64,000 nt of DNA from Eledone cirrhosa (GCA_964016885.1 OZ024755.1:6262001-6326000), one strand, 5' to 3'; numbered from the stretch's first letter, positions 1 to 14,066 are shown. The notes: generated by a model from the letters alone, not told the origin. Made by a program: numbers and translations.

Positions 1-32
1 TCCAGTTCTGCGTTTACAGATTGACTTTGTTA

Positions 33-102
33 GTTTCAGAAGATCCCGTTAAGGGTGAAAGCAGCGATTCTTTGCTTAAACTTTAATCTGTTATTTTAAT
101 AA
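33..102 (+). mobile_element. Copy of PLE-tail-like family C (one arm of the 19541-19665 palindrome), ending in (TA)n
   Basis: gtttcagaagatcccgttaagggtgaaagcagcgattctttgcttaaactttaatctgttattttaat is near-identical to 19598-19665. Confidence 0.7.
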
Positions 103-599
103 ATATATATATATTTATATATATATATACACGCAATATATATATATGTATATATCCATGCCTGTCTGTCTGTATATATATATATTTTATGCATGCATGC
201 AGGTATATGTGTGTGGATATACATATCGATGCATTTATGTATGTATACTTATGAAATAGATATCATTTTATAAATGGAGACAAGATCCATATACAAATAT
301 GTCAACATACAATCTAGATATAGGTTGGATTTATACAAAATACATACGATCCGTGGCTGTGTATATATCCATAATTTTCTGACTCCAGGATTACGTTACA
401 AAATTAATGCATTCATTATCTACAGTTGTCAAGTATTATTATAGTTATCTGCGCTGTGGCAATTATATTTTCAGATTTAATTTTCAATCCCTCAATGCTT
501 CGTAAACCAACTATGTGTGTTTGTGTGTGTAGAGCTGACTTTCCGTATCACACCTCTTTATTCTTTTTCTATTTATATACAAAAAAAATACATATGTAG

Positions 600-659
<60 letters not shown>

Positions 660-660
<1 letters not shown>

Positions 661-843
661 ATTGTTTCTACTTTTGGCACAAGGCCAGCAATTATTCCAG
701 TGTATTACTGGTACTTTATTTTATCGACCTCGTAAGGATGAAAGGCAAAGTTAACCTCGGCGGGATTTGAACATAAAGGGCCGTACCTCTATTCTGCAAA
801 GCATGGCGTCCGACCCTCTACCGATACCGCCAATCCACCGCCC
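660..843 (-). mobile_element. tRNA-derived SINE, Meta-domain-like family
   Basis: Reverse complement has A-box-like tggcggtatcggtag, B-box-like gttcaaatccc and gcctttcatccttacgaggtcgataaaataaagtaccag; many copies in window. Confidence 0.9.
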
Positions 844-2016
844 TAATATATGCAATAATATCGACCCTGGCGTATATTTGAAGATTAAGGAAAACTTAAG
901 TAGATATTACTATCCTTGTTTAATTAGAAACCTCAGCTGTGAAATCAATGGACGTTGGTTCTTTGAATTGCAGGTGCTGTTCCTTCGACAAGTTTCCACC
1001 CACTTCCCTTCTACCAAACTTTGGTTGCAATGTCTGGTTTGAAACGAAGCTCTGCTAAGTGGCACTTGCCAAGACTGCCAATCAATGTAACCACACCAGG
1101 AAACATACGATTGAGAAGCCAACTTCTAAATAATTGTTCCTTGCTACCTTCACATACACACACACATGCACCCGTATATCACTATATGACGTGTCGTAGT
1201 TTGCAAAATATCTGTTCTTGTCTTGTCTGGTCTCCTCGTCCTACAATGTTTTCTGTATTGTCTTGAAGATGTATATCATTCTTCAAGACTTTCAAACTAA
1301 CCTAATTTGATGCAATTAAGAATTTCGAAAATTATTATATTGTGATATTTTCTTTTCATCATCCGTTCGCTAACAATCTATCTTCAGAAGTTACATCATG
1401 CTTTTACTTTGTTCACATGTTGTCAGGTTGAATCTAAAATTTCTAGCTTTTAATTATTCACTTATTGTGGCAGTGTAAATGTCATTGTCTTTGAAGTTTC
1501 CTAACTGCAGTTTCACGCAGTAATTGATTTCCTACTATGCAGGCTTACAAAAGGAAATTTTGTATTTATGATACGTACGTATGTATGAATGTATGAATGA
1601 ATGTATGCATGCATGTATATATACGATGAGTGTATGCATCGTTCCCTGGGTATACATATACACATATCGCTCATAATTACCCATAAACTCACAGACAAAC
1701 ATATACTTATACGTATAGACATATACACGTATTGCCGAGAAAATATATTAAGAAAAGATAGACAGTCATGTCACACATACACACACAAATACATACAAAC
1801 GTCTGTAATAAGATATATTTAGATACACGCAGATACACGTATATATATATACATATATATACACACAGATATTCCCCCACAGATGTACACACATTTACAC
1901 ATACGCACATTTACATATATACCTACTCATATATACATCTTCAGTTATACATGCAATGAAAAAGAAAGAAGGAGAGGAGGATATTTAAATGAAGAAGAAA
2001 AGAAATATATAATATG

Positions 2017-2057
<41 letters not shown>

Positions 2058-2464
2058 CTGAGCGTAAACAAAAGAGAATTAAAATTACAATTTTTGTCTA
2101 AAAAAAAGTCCAGAATTTATGAATAGCAACAAGAAAATAATAGATTAAAATACAATAAAGCAAATGGATGTACAATAGAAAATTGGATTTTAAAATCGAA
2201 TTTGAAGAGAGAACACAACAGAAATAGTTGAAAAAAAAAGTATTTCTTTCTTCTGAAGAACATTAAAATATATGTAAGAAAATAAAATACTACTACTACT
2301 GCTACTACTACTACTACTATTGGTACTACTACTACTACTACTACTACTACTAATCAGGCCACAAGTAGTGTTTTACACTTATGAAACATACGTGAATATA
2401 TATATATATATATATATATATAGCTATATATATATATACGTATCTATTATTATCAGTAACCTTA

Positions 2465-2768
2465 TAACTTTGCCTTTCATCCTTACAGGGTCGATAAAAT
2501 AAAGTACTAGTAACGTACTGGGGTCGATTTAATTGACTTTCTCCTCCCTCCAAAATTACTGGCCTTGTGCCTATACTAGAAATCTGTTGGCAGTATCGGT
2601 AGAGAGTCGGACACCATGCTTTGAAGCATAGAGTTACGTCCCTTTAAGATCTGAGTTCAAATCCCGCCGAGGTTAATTTTGACTTTCATCCTTACGGGGT
2701 CGATAAAATAATGTACCAGTAATGTACTGGGTATTTGCTAGACTTGTGCCAAAAAAATAGAAACAATT
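2465..2768 (+). mobile_element. Two adjacent Meta-like SINE copies (3' half, then near full length)
   Basis: Two ctttcatccttac(a/g)gggtcgataaaataa cores and two family tails (ggccttgtgcc, gacttgtgcc). Confidence 0.9.
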
Positions 2769-3187
2769 ATTATTATTATTATTATTATTGTTGTTTTCAT
2801 TCATGTTATTCTTCCATGTATCTATAAATACCAGTGCCCTGTGTTATCTACGCTTCAGTATTCTGACGATTTGATCGGGTATGGGGTGTAATTAAGGTCG
2901 AGTGATGTAACCTCTCACGATCAGCGACTTTTGGACTCACCTGATTAAAGAAACAATTGTTAATACACCCTATTGTACAGCCCACCATGTTATTCTTCAT
3001 TATTTTGCTATATATATACACACACATATATATATATATCTATTATTACTAATATATATATATACACACACACATATATCTATCTATCTATCTAGGGCGG
3101 GTAAAATTTCCGAGATCCATGGACGAGTTCTCTCCAGCAGTCTCTGTCCCTCATTATCGCTGCCATGTCCTGCGTCTCCAAAGAAAG

Positions 3188-3222
<35 letters not shown>

Positions 3223-3309
3223 GATGTGTTACTGATTTCCATAGAAAAGGTAAAGGAAAGAAGAGTGCTCTATGTATAGGACAGAGCTAATAAATTACAT
3301 AATTACATA

Positions 3310-3499
3310 GGGCGGTGGATTGGCAGTATCGGTAGAGGGTCGGACGCCATGCTTTCCAGCATAGTTACGTGCCTTTACGGTCTGAGTTCAAATCCCGTCG
3401 AGGTTAACTTTGCCTTTCATCCTTACGGGGTCGATAAAATAAAGTACCAGTAATGCACTGGGATAATTACTGGCCTTGTGCCAAATGTAGAAACAATTA
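3310..3499 (+). mobile_element. Full-length Meta-like SINE with TSD
   Basis: gggcggtggattggcagtatcgg...gtagaaacaatta; taaattacataat on both flanks. Confidence 0.92.
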
Positions 3500-3516
3500 A
3501 ATTACATAATAAATAA

Positions 3517-3612
3517 CACACTATAACTATTTCATCTGATGAACGTGCTAGACGTTTCTGTAAAAATCATTTTCTTTCTTGAAACCTTTGGTAATGGAAT
3601 AACTATATTATG
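3517..3612 (+). ncRNA. Type I hammerhead ribozyme (decayed long stem II)
   Basis: CTGATGA 3536, GAAA 3581, stem III CC-ttt-GG, GTA cleavage triplet, stem I tatttcat/atggaata; related 3' half at 28598-28630. Confidence 0.65.
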
Positions 3613-3639
3613 TAATTTAAAAAAAAATTATATATATAT

Positions 3640-3802
3640 AACGAATAAAGCGTGGTAAGGAACCAGGTGGACCATAACGCACCAGAGTACTCGATACTTA
3701 GGGTAGTAGAATCGGTAATAGGAAAAGAGTCAGCACCCCGACGGCGTTCGGATCTAGCTGTCGAAACTGCCGGATCTTAGCCGTCGGGGTCCTGACTCTT
3801 TT

Positions 3803-3806
<4 letters not shown>
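3640..3806. mobile_element. Family B PLE-tail fold-back element in (TA)n
   Basis: Inverted arms taggaaaagagtcagcaccccgacggc / gccgtcggggtcctgactcttttccta; TA tracts on both sides; 9 related pieces in window. Confidence 0.8.
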
Positions 3807-3839
<33 letters not shown>

Positions 3840-3872
3840 AAGGAAGAAGTTGAATTTGAATTATTAACGTAT

Positions 3873-3948
3873 CACCCGGTCCGAGAATTGAACTTGCAAC
3901 CGCTCGATTGCGAATCAAATACTCTAACCACTAAGCCACGCGCCCTTC
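3873..3948 (-). mobile_element. tRNA-like head of a CORE-like SINE
   Basis: Reverse complement gcgcgtggcttagtggttagag...gttcaattctcggaccgg matches the heads at 41169, 43323 and 50350. Confidence 0.75.
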
Positions 3949-4676
3949 TCAAGTAGTGCGACAATATGTATGCACCCTTTTAGTCTACGAAAAGAGTATG
4001 AAATATACAGAAAAAATATACTCGATATTGATTTCAGAGAAAACCAGTATATTATATTCGTGATGAGATTTTCATGAAGAAGAAAATAAATCGTATTCTT
4101 TTTTATTCGTTTTTTTTTTATCTTTTATTTATCGGAATTCCAGTCACTAGAGGATAAATATATATTAAAAACAAATAAAATAAAAACATATTTGATTTTG
4201 ACAGCTATACGTCAGACGTAATAGCGTTCGAAACATTCGATTAGGCAGACAGTATCGACGAGATGTCACTTTGAATATACGCTCTATGTCCAAATGCTTC
4301 TTAGTGTGTGTAAATGTATTTTCTTATTTCTCTGCTGTGTCGTACAGAGCACTTTAACGAGGAACACTAGCAATACTAAAAGTTGCTCATACAGGAAAAC
4401 ACACACAAGGGTAGCTTGTTTTAGTCACCTGTATTGCAGCGTGGCTCACAGAACCCACAGAAACTTTGTGCTATATCGTATTCATGTATGTATGAATATA
4501 TTTATGTATGCCTCTTTGTATCACGCATTCGACGTACATACACACACATTGTGAGTCTCGGATTCAATTCTATATTAAACTTATATATATATATATATAT
4601 ATATATAGTAATAATAATAATATTTATAATTATATATGGTTTATAATTATATATGGACGGTGATTGTTTTATATTT

Positions 4677-4720
<44 letters not shown>

Positions 4721-5371
4721 TAATTAACTATTTATATCAAGGTTGGTAACAAATGATATTCAGAAACGCTACAAAGACTTATCTGTAAATAATGTGTTCA
4801 GAATGTAAATTACTTCATTGGATACCATCAACTAATTTAATTAGGTCGAATTGAAAAGAGAATTAAAATAGAATGTAGCTAAAAATGCAGTTATAATGAG
4901 GCTAGATATTTCTCTTTATCTATTACTTTCTCATCAGCTTCTCTAATTATTTCTCTCTCGTCTTCCTTATACTCATACACTCATTTTCTTTATCTCTCTA
5001 TATTTATAATTAGTGTTAATATTTATTTACACATTCTGTACACAGAATGTTACAGCTGCAACTAATGGTTTCATGAACTAACAACAACAACTGTAGAATT
5101 TCAAGCGATAAATGTGAGACATAGCGTCAGGCAAATGTGCAGGAAGTTGTAAAATCGTAAGTCCAAACTACACACACATACGTATATATATATACATATA
5201 TATATACATATATACATATATAAAATAAAGATGTGTTCCGTTAAGAGTAACGGAAGAAAACAACTAAAGTAATGTTCTCTCTACATTAGTAGTAGGTAGA
5301 GAAGATACGTAATTTTGTTTTCGTTTAGAAGTGACTCTTACATTCATAATACCTTTTCATTATGTGAAAGA

Positions 5372-5530
5372 GGATTGGGAGTATCGATAGAGGGTCGGAC
5401 GCCATGCTTTGCAGAATAGAGTTACGGCCCTTTATAATCTGATTTAAAATCCCACCGAGGTTAACTTTGCTTTTCACGCTTACGGGGTCGATACAATAGT
5501 GTACCAGTATTGCACTAGGGTAATTACTGA
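5372..5530 (+). mobile_element. Meta-like SINE (3'-truncated)
   Basis: Matches the family consensus from ggattgggagtatcg to gggtaattactg. Confidence 0.85.
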
Positions 5531-6159
5531 AAGAGGATTCAACATTCTGTATCATCAAGTGTGACCTTTCTTACACCTTTCGTTACCATATATCTAACGA
5601 AATACAAAATATCTCAATAACTTCATGAATAATCCAAGGGTTTACTAACATTAACGATAATTCCATTATTAAATTATATTTTTTACATAACTTAGCGAAG
5701 GATTCTTCTTATAATTATGTTCAAATAAATTAACATAAAAGGAACTCTTTAAAACAGATGTATTTTTGTCATAGAACCGGTTGTGGGGAAGGTTGGTCTC
5801 AGTGTTAAACAGCAACAACAAAATTATGACTGCTTATTATTTTATCTCTCTACAATAAATATTCCTACATCAATACGTCTTCAATTGTAGTTGAGAATCT
5901 AAATAATGTTTTGAAGTATTATGAAAAATTAATTAGATAGAAGATCCTACTGAACGTGGGCGGAAATACACTCACTTGTCAAACAGCGATCTCGAAAATG
6001 TTTAATATATGTATAACCCCCCCCCCCCCCCCACACACACACACACATTATATATATATATATATATTTGTTTATTTATACGTAGGTGTATATATATATA
6101 AAATATATATAGATATATATTAATAATAATATTTTATTTTAATAAATATATATATATTT

Positions 6160-6573
6160 AAAGATTAAACAAGGTTCAATGAATAAATCAAATAATGAGT
6201 TTTACAATAGATTGGAAGCACTCAACAGTATGGTTTTCCGGAGTTAATATTAATTCAAAATATTAACAAAATAGATATTCTTGTGATCAAGTATATTTTA
6301 TACATATTTCAGAGGTACTGAGTTAACTTCAACAGTACGTCCTCATCAGATAAAATAAGATGATGCATGACATACCCTAACATAGTAGATGGTTAAGATT
6401 CAGTCATGGTAGTCTATGGTGACTAACATGAATGAATCTTAACCATCTACTATGTCAGCATCATCTTATTTTATCTGATGAGGACGTACTGTTGAAGTTA
6501 ACTCAGTACCTCTGAAATATGTATAATAAAATATACTTGATCACAAGAATATCTATTTTTTTAAATATTTTGA

Positions 6574-6577
<4 letters not shown>
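6160..6577. mobile_element. Family A PLE-tail fold-back element (arms about 6252-6402 and 6433-6576) between TA tracts
   Basis: About 145-bp near-perfect inverted repeat with a hammerhead in each arm; the long arm carries agcactcaa. Confidence 0.85.
6467..6533 (+). ncRNA. Type I hammerhead ribozyme
   Basis: Stem I TATTTTAT/ATAAAATA, CTGATGA 6475, stem II GTACTG/CAGTAC, GAAA 6514, near-palindromic stem III ATATGTAT then A. Confidence 0.8.
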
Positions 6578-6608
<31 letters not shown>

Positions 6609-8248
6609 GTTGATTTCACTCAGAGAAGAAGCCGAAAAAATAAACAAATTAAAAAGACATTTCAATCTCTAGATAGTCAACAGACTAAAGGTAGAACTTC
6701 AAAATGATATATTCCTGAGGGAAAGAACTATCACTTATAAATCACTACAATATCAAATCGAATGGAAGGACGAACGAATGTATGAGAGTGGGGAGTGTAG
6801 AGACAGTGATTTATAGAAAGACAGTGAGAGAGTGATAGACAGTGACAAAGTGATAGAAAGATAGTGAGAGATAGTGATTTATAGAAAGATAGTGAGAGAG
6901 TAGGAGTGATGTGGAGGAGTATTATCATATGAAAATTCATCTTCGATTATACTGTCTCTTGAAAAGATGTCACATGTGATTTACTTTTCAAAAATAATCT
7001 CAGATATGACAAAATATTTGATAACTAAAAAAATTAAGTATTGGAGTCGATATTATAGAAAAATAATTCCCTTCAAGTTAGTAACCTGGTATTGCTGTAG
7101 TCTAATGAGTGAAACCAGTAAAAACAAAATAGAATGAATACAGAATTTAAAACAAGATTAATAGTTTGTTATTAAATTCATCTACATAATATAAAGCTAT
7201 TTCCAACCATGTACCAAGCAGCCTCATAAAGTCCTCTTTCAGAATGTATTTCGAGGGTCATTTGAAAATTATCACCCACACAACTCAGAAATATATAAAA
7301 AAGGAATACATATACATACACATATATATGTGCACAGACATGGACAAAAGATAGTACATGAATGTACATTTACATATCGTTTACAACTACCACAACCCCC
7401 AAATTGCGACTAATACTATTATTGCTCGTGACGCTACTACTACTACTGTTGTTGCTGCTGTTGCCGCCATAGAAGCGTTTGCTTCAATAATCCTAAAAAT
7501 TCTTGAAGAATCGAAAGCATTTATCGACGTTAATATTCAGGGTTATTTGCATGAACATCTAAATATACATATTTTAGTCTGTTTATATCAATATTATTAG
7601 ATAAATTATGTTTTGAAAAAACCGCTTTCGCTACCACATAATTCATTCTTTTATCCTTTATGTTTATCTTACAGAATGACTTTCATCTTTGATCATTATC
7701 TTCTAAAATATCCGTTATTCGTACTATTACCCTCTTTCATATTCCTCACGTTTTGCATTGACTTTTTTGTCAACCATTTAATTTCGTTCTAGCTTTTAAG
7801 CAGCCTCGTTTTCAAAATAAATCTACATATTTATTACACATTCTTAAGGTTTGCTACTTTATTTGTATTTTACCAATTCTTTTTTTATTTTCGTATTTAA
7901 ATTATTCTTCGAAAATGTTTTAACCTAGTTGTATATCACTCTAATGTTAGACATCTTGTACAAATCTGTCAGCTGACTCTGGCAGATAATCAATGGCAAA
8001 ATAGGAATATTGTGTGAACGTATAAAAGTATTTATCACTCGTATTCAAGATGACTGCGTCTATCATTATTATCTTCTTTCGAAGGTATTCACGTGTGATG
8101 TTGAATGTACGTTATGTATGTGTCTTCAATTATAGTTTCATTTTAATGCAAGTTTGTACGGCGTATATCTCCATATCTAACATTATTTTAGCATAACTGT
8201 ATAACGTATTTAACGTCTATTCACATACATACATGATTATATATATAT

Positions 8249-8752
8249 ATAGCCTACAAATTTAGAAGGGCCCTAAAGAAACATAATCTCAATATTAAGA
8301 TAGTAGAAAGACCTGGTACCTCCGTAAAAACACTTATTAGCAAGACATACCCGTTCCAAAGACCCTCATGTATAGATAAGAAATGTATAACCTGTAAAAT
8401 AAGCCCCCATATTAACTGTAAAACTAGAAATGTAGTATATAGCATAAGATGTACTGAGGGACAATGTAGAAACAAAAATATAGTGTACATAGGTGAGACA
8501 GCTCGTAGTATAGGGGAACGAATAAATGAACACTGGCGAGACCTCCAAGATAGTAAAGAATCATCTGTGCTCTACCAACATGCTAAGATAGAACACAGGG
8601 GTAAATTAGAGAGCATAGAAATAAAAATAGAATCCACACACAAGAAAGACGCAATGTTTAGGCAAATTACAGAGGCAGTAAGCATAAAAGAATTAAAACC
8701 AAAATTAAATAGAAAATATGAGTGGAACAGCAACATCACAACTTACAATTAA
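8249..8752 (+). pseudogene. PLE Cys-rich linker plus GIY-YIG endonuclease, no start codon, stop-free for 167 codons
   Basis: Translates ...CIDKKCITCK...CKTRNVVYSIRC...VYIGETARSIGERINEH...LYQHAKIEH...RQITEAVSIKELKPKLNRKYEW; VVY-YIG, catalytic R, E and N, and CCHH residues present. Confidence 0.92.
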
Positions 8753-9290
8753 GGACAAAATGAAAACACACACACACATATATAAACAACTTACAATTGA
8801 AAACACACACAAAATGAAAACACACACAAGACAAAATGAAAACACACACACACATAGAACAAACAACCAACCAACAATAAATAAATAAATAAACAAACAA
8901 ATATAAATAGAAAAATAGAAAAATGAACACAAACACACACAGACACCCGGATGTGGCGCATGCGCAAACTGAGCACGCAACCCACACACAAACAAAATGG
9001 CGTAGGATAGAAGAAAGGAAAGGCACAGAAACGAAGAAAGAAATCCCCAGTCACTGAAGAGGTCACAGAGTGTGTGACGAAAGAACTATGACTATATATA
9101 TATAAACAACTATCTGGTTGTGGAACCAACCAACCAACCAGAAATTTATAAATATATATTAAATTAAATTGAAGTGAAAGCAACTGGTGCGTGTGTTTCT
9201 TATTGGCAACATGACCCTCCCAAAGTATAACAATATCGGTTTCAACACACGATTTCAGATAAAGAATCTTGCTAAACAAATTCAGAAACG

Positions 9291-9293
<3 letters not shown>
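8252..9293 (+). mobile_element. 5'-truncated Penelope-like retroelement inserted in (TA)n
   Basis: C-terminal GIY-YIG frame, A/C-rich 3' UTR, hammerhead and tail; TA tracts at both ends. Confidence 0.9.
9049..9093 (+). ncRNA. Minimal type I hammerhead ribozyme of the PLE
   Basis: AGTCA-CTGAAGA-g-GTCACA gagtg TGTGAC-GAAA-GaaC-TA-TGACT. Confidence 0.88.
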
Positions 9294-9358
<65 letters not shown>

Positions 9359-9922
9359 ATTTCCGTTTACCTTTTACACATATATATATAAATATATATA
9401 TATACACAAAATTATTTATCCGAGTGTAGACACTCGCACAAAGATGTCTTCGTACGGACAAATGACAAACACACACATATGTACAGGCTCTATATACAAA
9501 GGCTTTCTTTTCCGATTCAGCTAGAGGCGTTAGATCAGCGCCTTTTAAAACAAGAACAATTGATTTTCTTATATAACAACGCCTGAATCAACAGCTTTCC
9601 AAGAGTTGGCGACATGAAAAGAACTGTTTTTTTTTCCAAAGAATTCTTGTGTTCTTTCCTGCCACTGTCCACTCTCCATCTTTCTAGTTCTTCTTTAATT
9701 TCTCTTTCTATTTTCTGAAACGTTAATACTCTATTCCTACTATACCAAGCATAAAACTAATAATAATATTTCTTCTTCGTACTGTGTCGTTTGCTTTGTT
9801 ACTTTGCCTTTATATACACACTCCAACACTATTCATATATATAAGTATACATTTTTGGGGACACCCTATATGTATAGTGTATTTGAATATATATCTATAT
9901 TATAAAAAATACTATACATCCA

Positions 9923-9956
<34 letters not shown>

Positions 9957-10829
9957 TATGGGTGCCTGTGTGAGTGTATTTGTGTATGTACGCGTGTATT
10001 CGATATACATTGCATCGCATTGAAAATACGCAGAATGCTACAACAATAAATAGGATAAAAATAAGAAAGAAAGAAACAAGAAGAATTGGAGAAGGAATAA
10101 ATAAATATGAAAAATAACGTATCAAATATTATTTGATAAAAAAAAATATTTGCCAACACTTACCAAATCGTAAGGAAACCGTGAGACGGTTTAATAATTA
10201 GTCACCTGTAGGAAAGCCACCCACTGATTAGCTGACTTGATAATAAATATAGTCTGAAAAACAAAGAAGATATAAAATGTATAAAAACTAAAAATGTTAT
10301 AATGATTAGAAACGACCAATATAACAACAATGGTGGAAAAAAAGGTATCAATTAGTTAAGGTAAAAGAAATGTAATATTTTACTCATAATTTGAGGGTAA
10401 ACAATCTTTCGCAAAAGCAATTACTTTTCCTTCTCTTTCAACACACATACGCACACATATATCCTCACCCCACATTGCTGTGAATGTTACAGAATAGGAT
10501 TTTACTGTTGCTACCACTATCGCCACCACCATACTTTTACTGTTTCTTTCTAACATACACTTTTCCCCTCCATCACCTTTCTATAAAGACGTGAGATCAT
10601 CATCTCCAACAAAACACTCTCTCCACAGAATCATACAGACAAACACGATGATATCAACCACTTTCCAGCATGAGAGATGATTTACACCACAGAAACTCAG
10701 TAATAAAGAAATGGGCTTCTATATTTCAGATAGTTGAAGTATATAAGCTGATATGAATCTAAATTTGTTGAACAACAATCACCACATTCTAAACATTATC
10801 GAACTATTAATGGTTTATATATAGCTTCT

Positions 10830-11107
10830 GACTTAGGCTCAAGGCCAACAATGTTTGGGGAGGGGAATGTCAATTAAATCGATCCCAGTGCGTTACTGGT
10901 ACTTTATTTTATCGACTCCGTAAGAATGAAAGACAAAGCGAACCTTGGGCGAATTTGAACTGAGAAGGTAACTATTGGTTTATATAATTGTTTCTACTTT
11001 TGGCACAAGACCAGCAATTAACCCAGTGTATTACTGGTACTTTATTTTATCTAACCCCGTAAGGATGAAGGGCAAAATTAACCTTACGGGGTAGATAAAA
11101 TAAAGTA
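10830..11107 (-). mobile_element. Two partial Meta-like SINEs, the second ending in a short fold-back
   Basis: Two ctggtactttattttatc cores; 11038-11064 is inverted at 11082-11107. Confidence 0.85.
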
Positions 11108-11516
11108 ACAGTTTATATAATGTTTGGTTTATATAATGGAAAGCAAAAGAAGAAAAATGTTCCCGTTCTGTGAAAATATTTGGTAAAATATTAAAAGCTC
11201 GGAGAACCGTTAAACGGGGACATACCCAACACATAACCCCTCGTACACACTATATATAAGTGTGTTTGTGTGTGTGGATATATGTATTATAGGCGTCCCA
11301 GCCTTTTAGTACGTTCTCTAAAATTTCGCTTGCCCATCGAATCACCAGCGTAATTTCACAGAGAGAAAGTATTGAGTTCTATTTCGCACGCTTGCAAATC
11401 TCTCTCTCTATATATATATGTGTTTGTGTTTTTGTGTGTGTGTGGGTGTGTGTATGTGTTCAATATACTCTACTTTCGTGTTAAGCACTTTTTCCATGTC
11501 TTTGCAAATCCAAACC

Positions 11517-11570
<54 letters not shown>

Positions 11571-11947
11571 TATAGATATATATATATATACACATATAGG
11601 TATATACGCACATACATACATATATACATACACACAAACATATCATGCTTGAGTACCAAGTAAAATAAGTTACATATTCCATCTCGCACCAAATCCAACT
11701 TTGGCATATTAACAATTTCTAAAGTTGATGAAATACGTGTGTGGTATATCAAGCAATTTTAGGATGTATGTTGTAAATAGTGAATCTGCTTAAGAACTGG
11801 GAATAGGAAAACAAAAACGCATTTTTGTTTATTTCAGCGAAACCTGTAGAGGCCAACTGTTAGAACTAAAACCATATGTTGAGTTTTTTTAAGATGTGGG
11901 AAAGAAGTTAAATTATATAGACACTATACACACAGGTGTGTATGTGT

Positions 11948-12048
11948 TTATATATATATATAGTATATATATATATATAGTATATATATATATATAGTAT
12001 ATATATATATATAGTATATATATATATATAGTATATATATATATATAG

Positions 12049-12079
<31 letters not shown>

Positions 12080-12211
12080 TATATATATATAGTATATATA
12101 TATATATAGTATATATATATATATAGTATATATATATATATAGTATATATATATATATAGTATATATATATATATAGTATATATATATATATAGTATATA
12201 TATATATATAG

Positions 12212-12242
<31 letters not shown>

Positions 12243-12300
12243 TATATATATATATAGTATATATATATATATATATATATAGTATATATATATATATATA

Positions 12301-12336
<36 letters not shown>

Positions 12337-12465
12337 TATATATATATATATATATAGTATATAGTATATATATATATATAGTATATAGTATATATATATA
12401 TATAGTATATATATATATATAGTATATATATATATATATATATATAGTATATATATATATATATA

Positions 12466-12499
<34 letters not shown>

Positions 12500-12523
12500 T
12501 ATATATATATATATATATATATA

Positions 12524-12561
<38 letters not shown>

Positions 12562-12683
12562 TATATATATAGTATATATATATAGTATATATATATATAG
12601 TATATATATATAGTATATATATATATATAGTATATATATATATATAGTATATATATATAGTATATATATATATATATATATAG

Positions 12684-12743
<60 letters not shown>

Positions 12744-12924
12744 TATATATATATATATATATATAGTATATATATATATATATATATAGTAGTATATATA
12801 TATATATATATATATAGTAGTATATATATATATATATATAGTAGTATATATATATATATATATATATAGTAGTATATATATATATATATATATATAGTAT
12901 ATATATATATATATATATATAGTA

Positions 12925-12996
<72 letters not shown>

Positions 12997-12997
12997 G

Positions 12998-13028
<31 letters not shown>

Positions 13029-13029
13029 G

Positions 13030-13060
<31 letters not shown>

Positions 13061-13905
13061 GTATATATATATATATATATATATATAGTAGTATATATAT
13101 ATATATATATATATAGTAGTATATATATATATATATATATAGTAGTATATATATATATATATATATAGTAGTATATATATATATATATAGTAGTATATAT
13201 ATATATATATATAGTAGTATATATATATATATATATAGTAGTATATATATATATATATATAGTAGTATATATATATATATATATAGTAGTATATATATAT
13301 ATATATAGTAGTATATATATATATATATAGTAGTATATATATATATATATATATATAGTAGTATATATATATATATATATATAGTAGTATATATATATAT
13401 ATAGTAGTATATATATATATATATAGTAGTATATATATATATATATATATAGTAGTATATATATATATATATAGTAGTATATATATATATATATAGTAGT
13501 ATATATATATATATAGTAGTATATATATATATATATAGTAGTATATATATATATATATATATAGTAGTATATATATATATATAGTATATATATAGTAGTA
13601 TATATATATATATATAGTAGTATATATATATATATATAGTATATATATAGTATATATATAGTAGTATATATATATATATATAGTATATATATAGTATATA
13701 TATAGTAGTATATATATATATAGTATATATATAGTATATATATAGTAGTATATATATATATATATATAGTATATATATAGTATATATATAGTAGTATATA
13801 TATATATATATATATATATAGTATATATATAGTATATATATAGTAGTATATATATATATATATAGTATATATATATATAGTATATATATATATAGTATAT
13901 TATAT
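11948..13905. repeat. About 1.95-kb (TA)n array punctuated by G and GTAG
   Basis: Direct reading; explains the 665- and 670-aa YI-repeat ORFs. Confidence 0.98.
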
Positions 13906-13906
13906 A

Positions 13907-14066
13907 ACAAATGAATTGTGGTAAGGAACCAGATGAACCATAACGCACCATAGTACTCAATACTTAGGGTAGTAGAGTGGGAAATAGGAAAAAGTATTTC
14001 TGGACTAGTCCAGAAATAGCCGTCGAAACGGCTTGAGCTCTGCCGTCTGGGTCATACTTTTTCCTA
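13907..14066. mobile_element. Family B fold-back element with 14-bp TSD
   Basis: Same tail as 3640; taggaaaaagtat/atactttttccta arms; TAGTATATTATATA at 13893-13906 and 14065-14078. Confidence 0.82.

Noticed and set aside
910-1135. Balanced-composition segment with short ORFs on both strands
   Set aside because: No recognisable motif or convincing splice sites; may be an old repeat, needs BLAST
2253-2285. CTGAAGA...GAAA hammerhead-like spacing
   Set aside because: Extra bases before GAAA and no stem I or III
5236-5260. Hairpin ttccgtta-agag-taacggaa followed by GAAA next to a TA tract
   Set aside because: No CTGANGA core or second copy; cannot be classified
11913-13960. 665- and 670-aa ORFs, and the many YI/HT/VC-repeat ORFs elsewhere
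   Set aside because: Translations of TA/CA microsatellites that lack stops by composition
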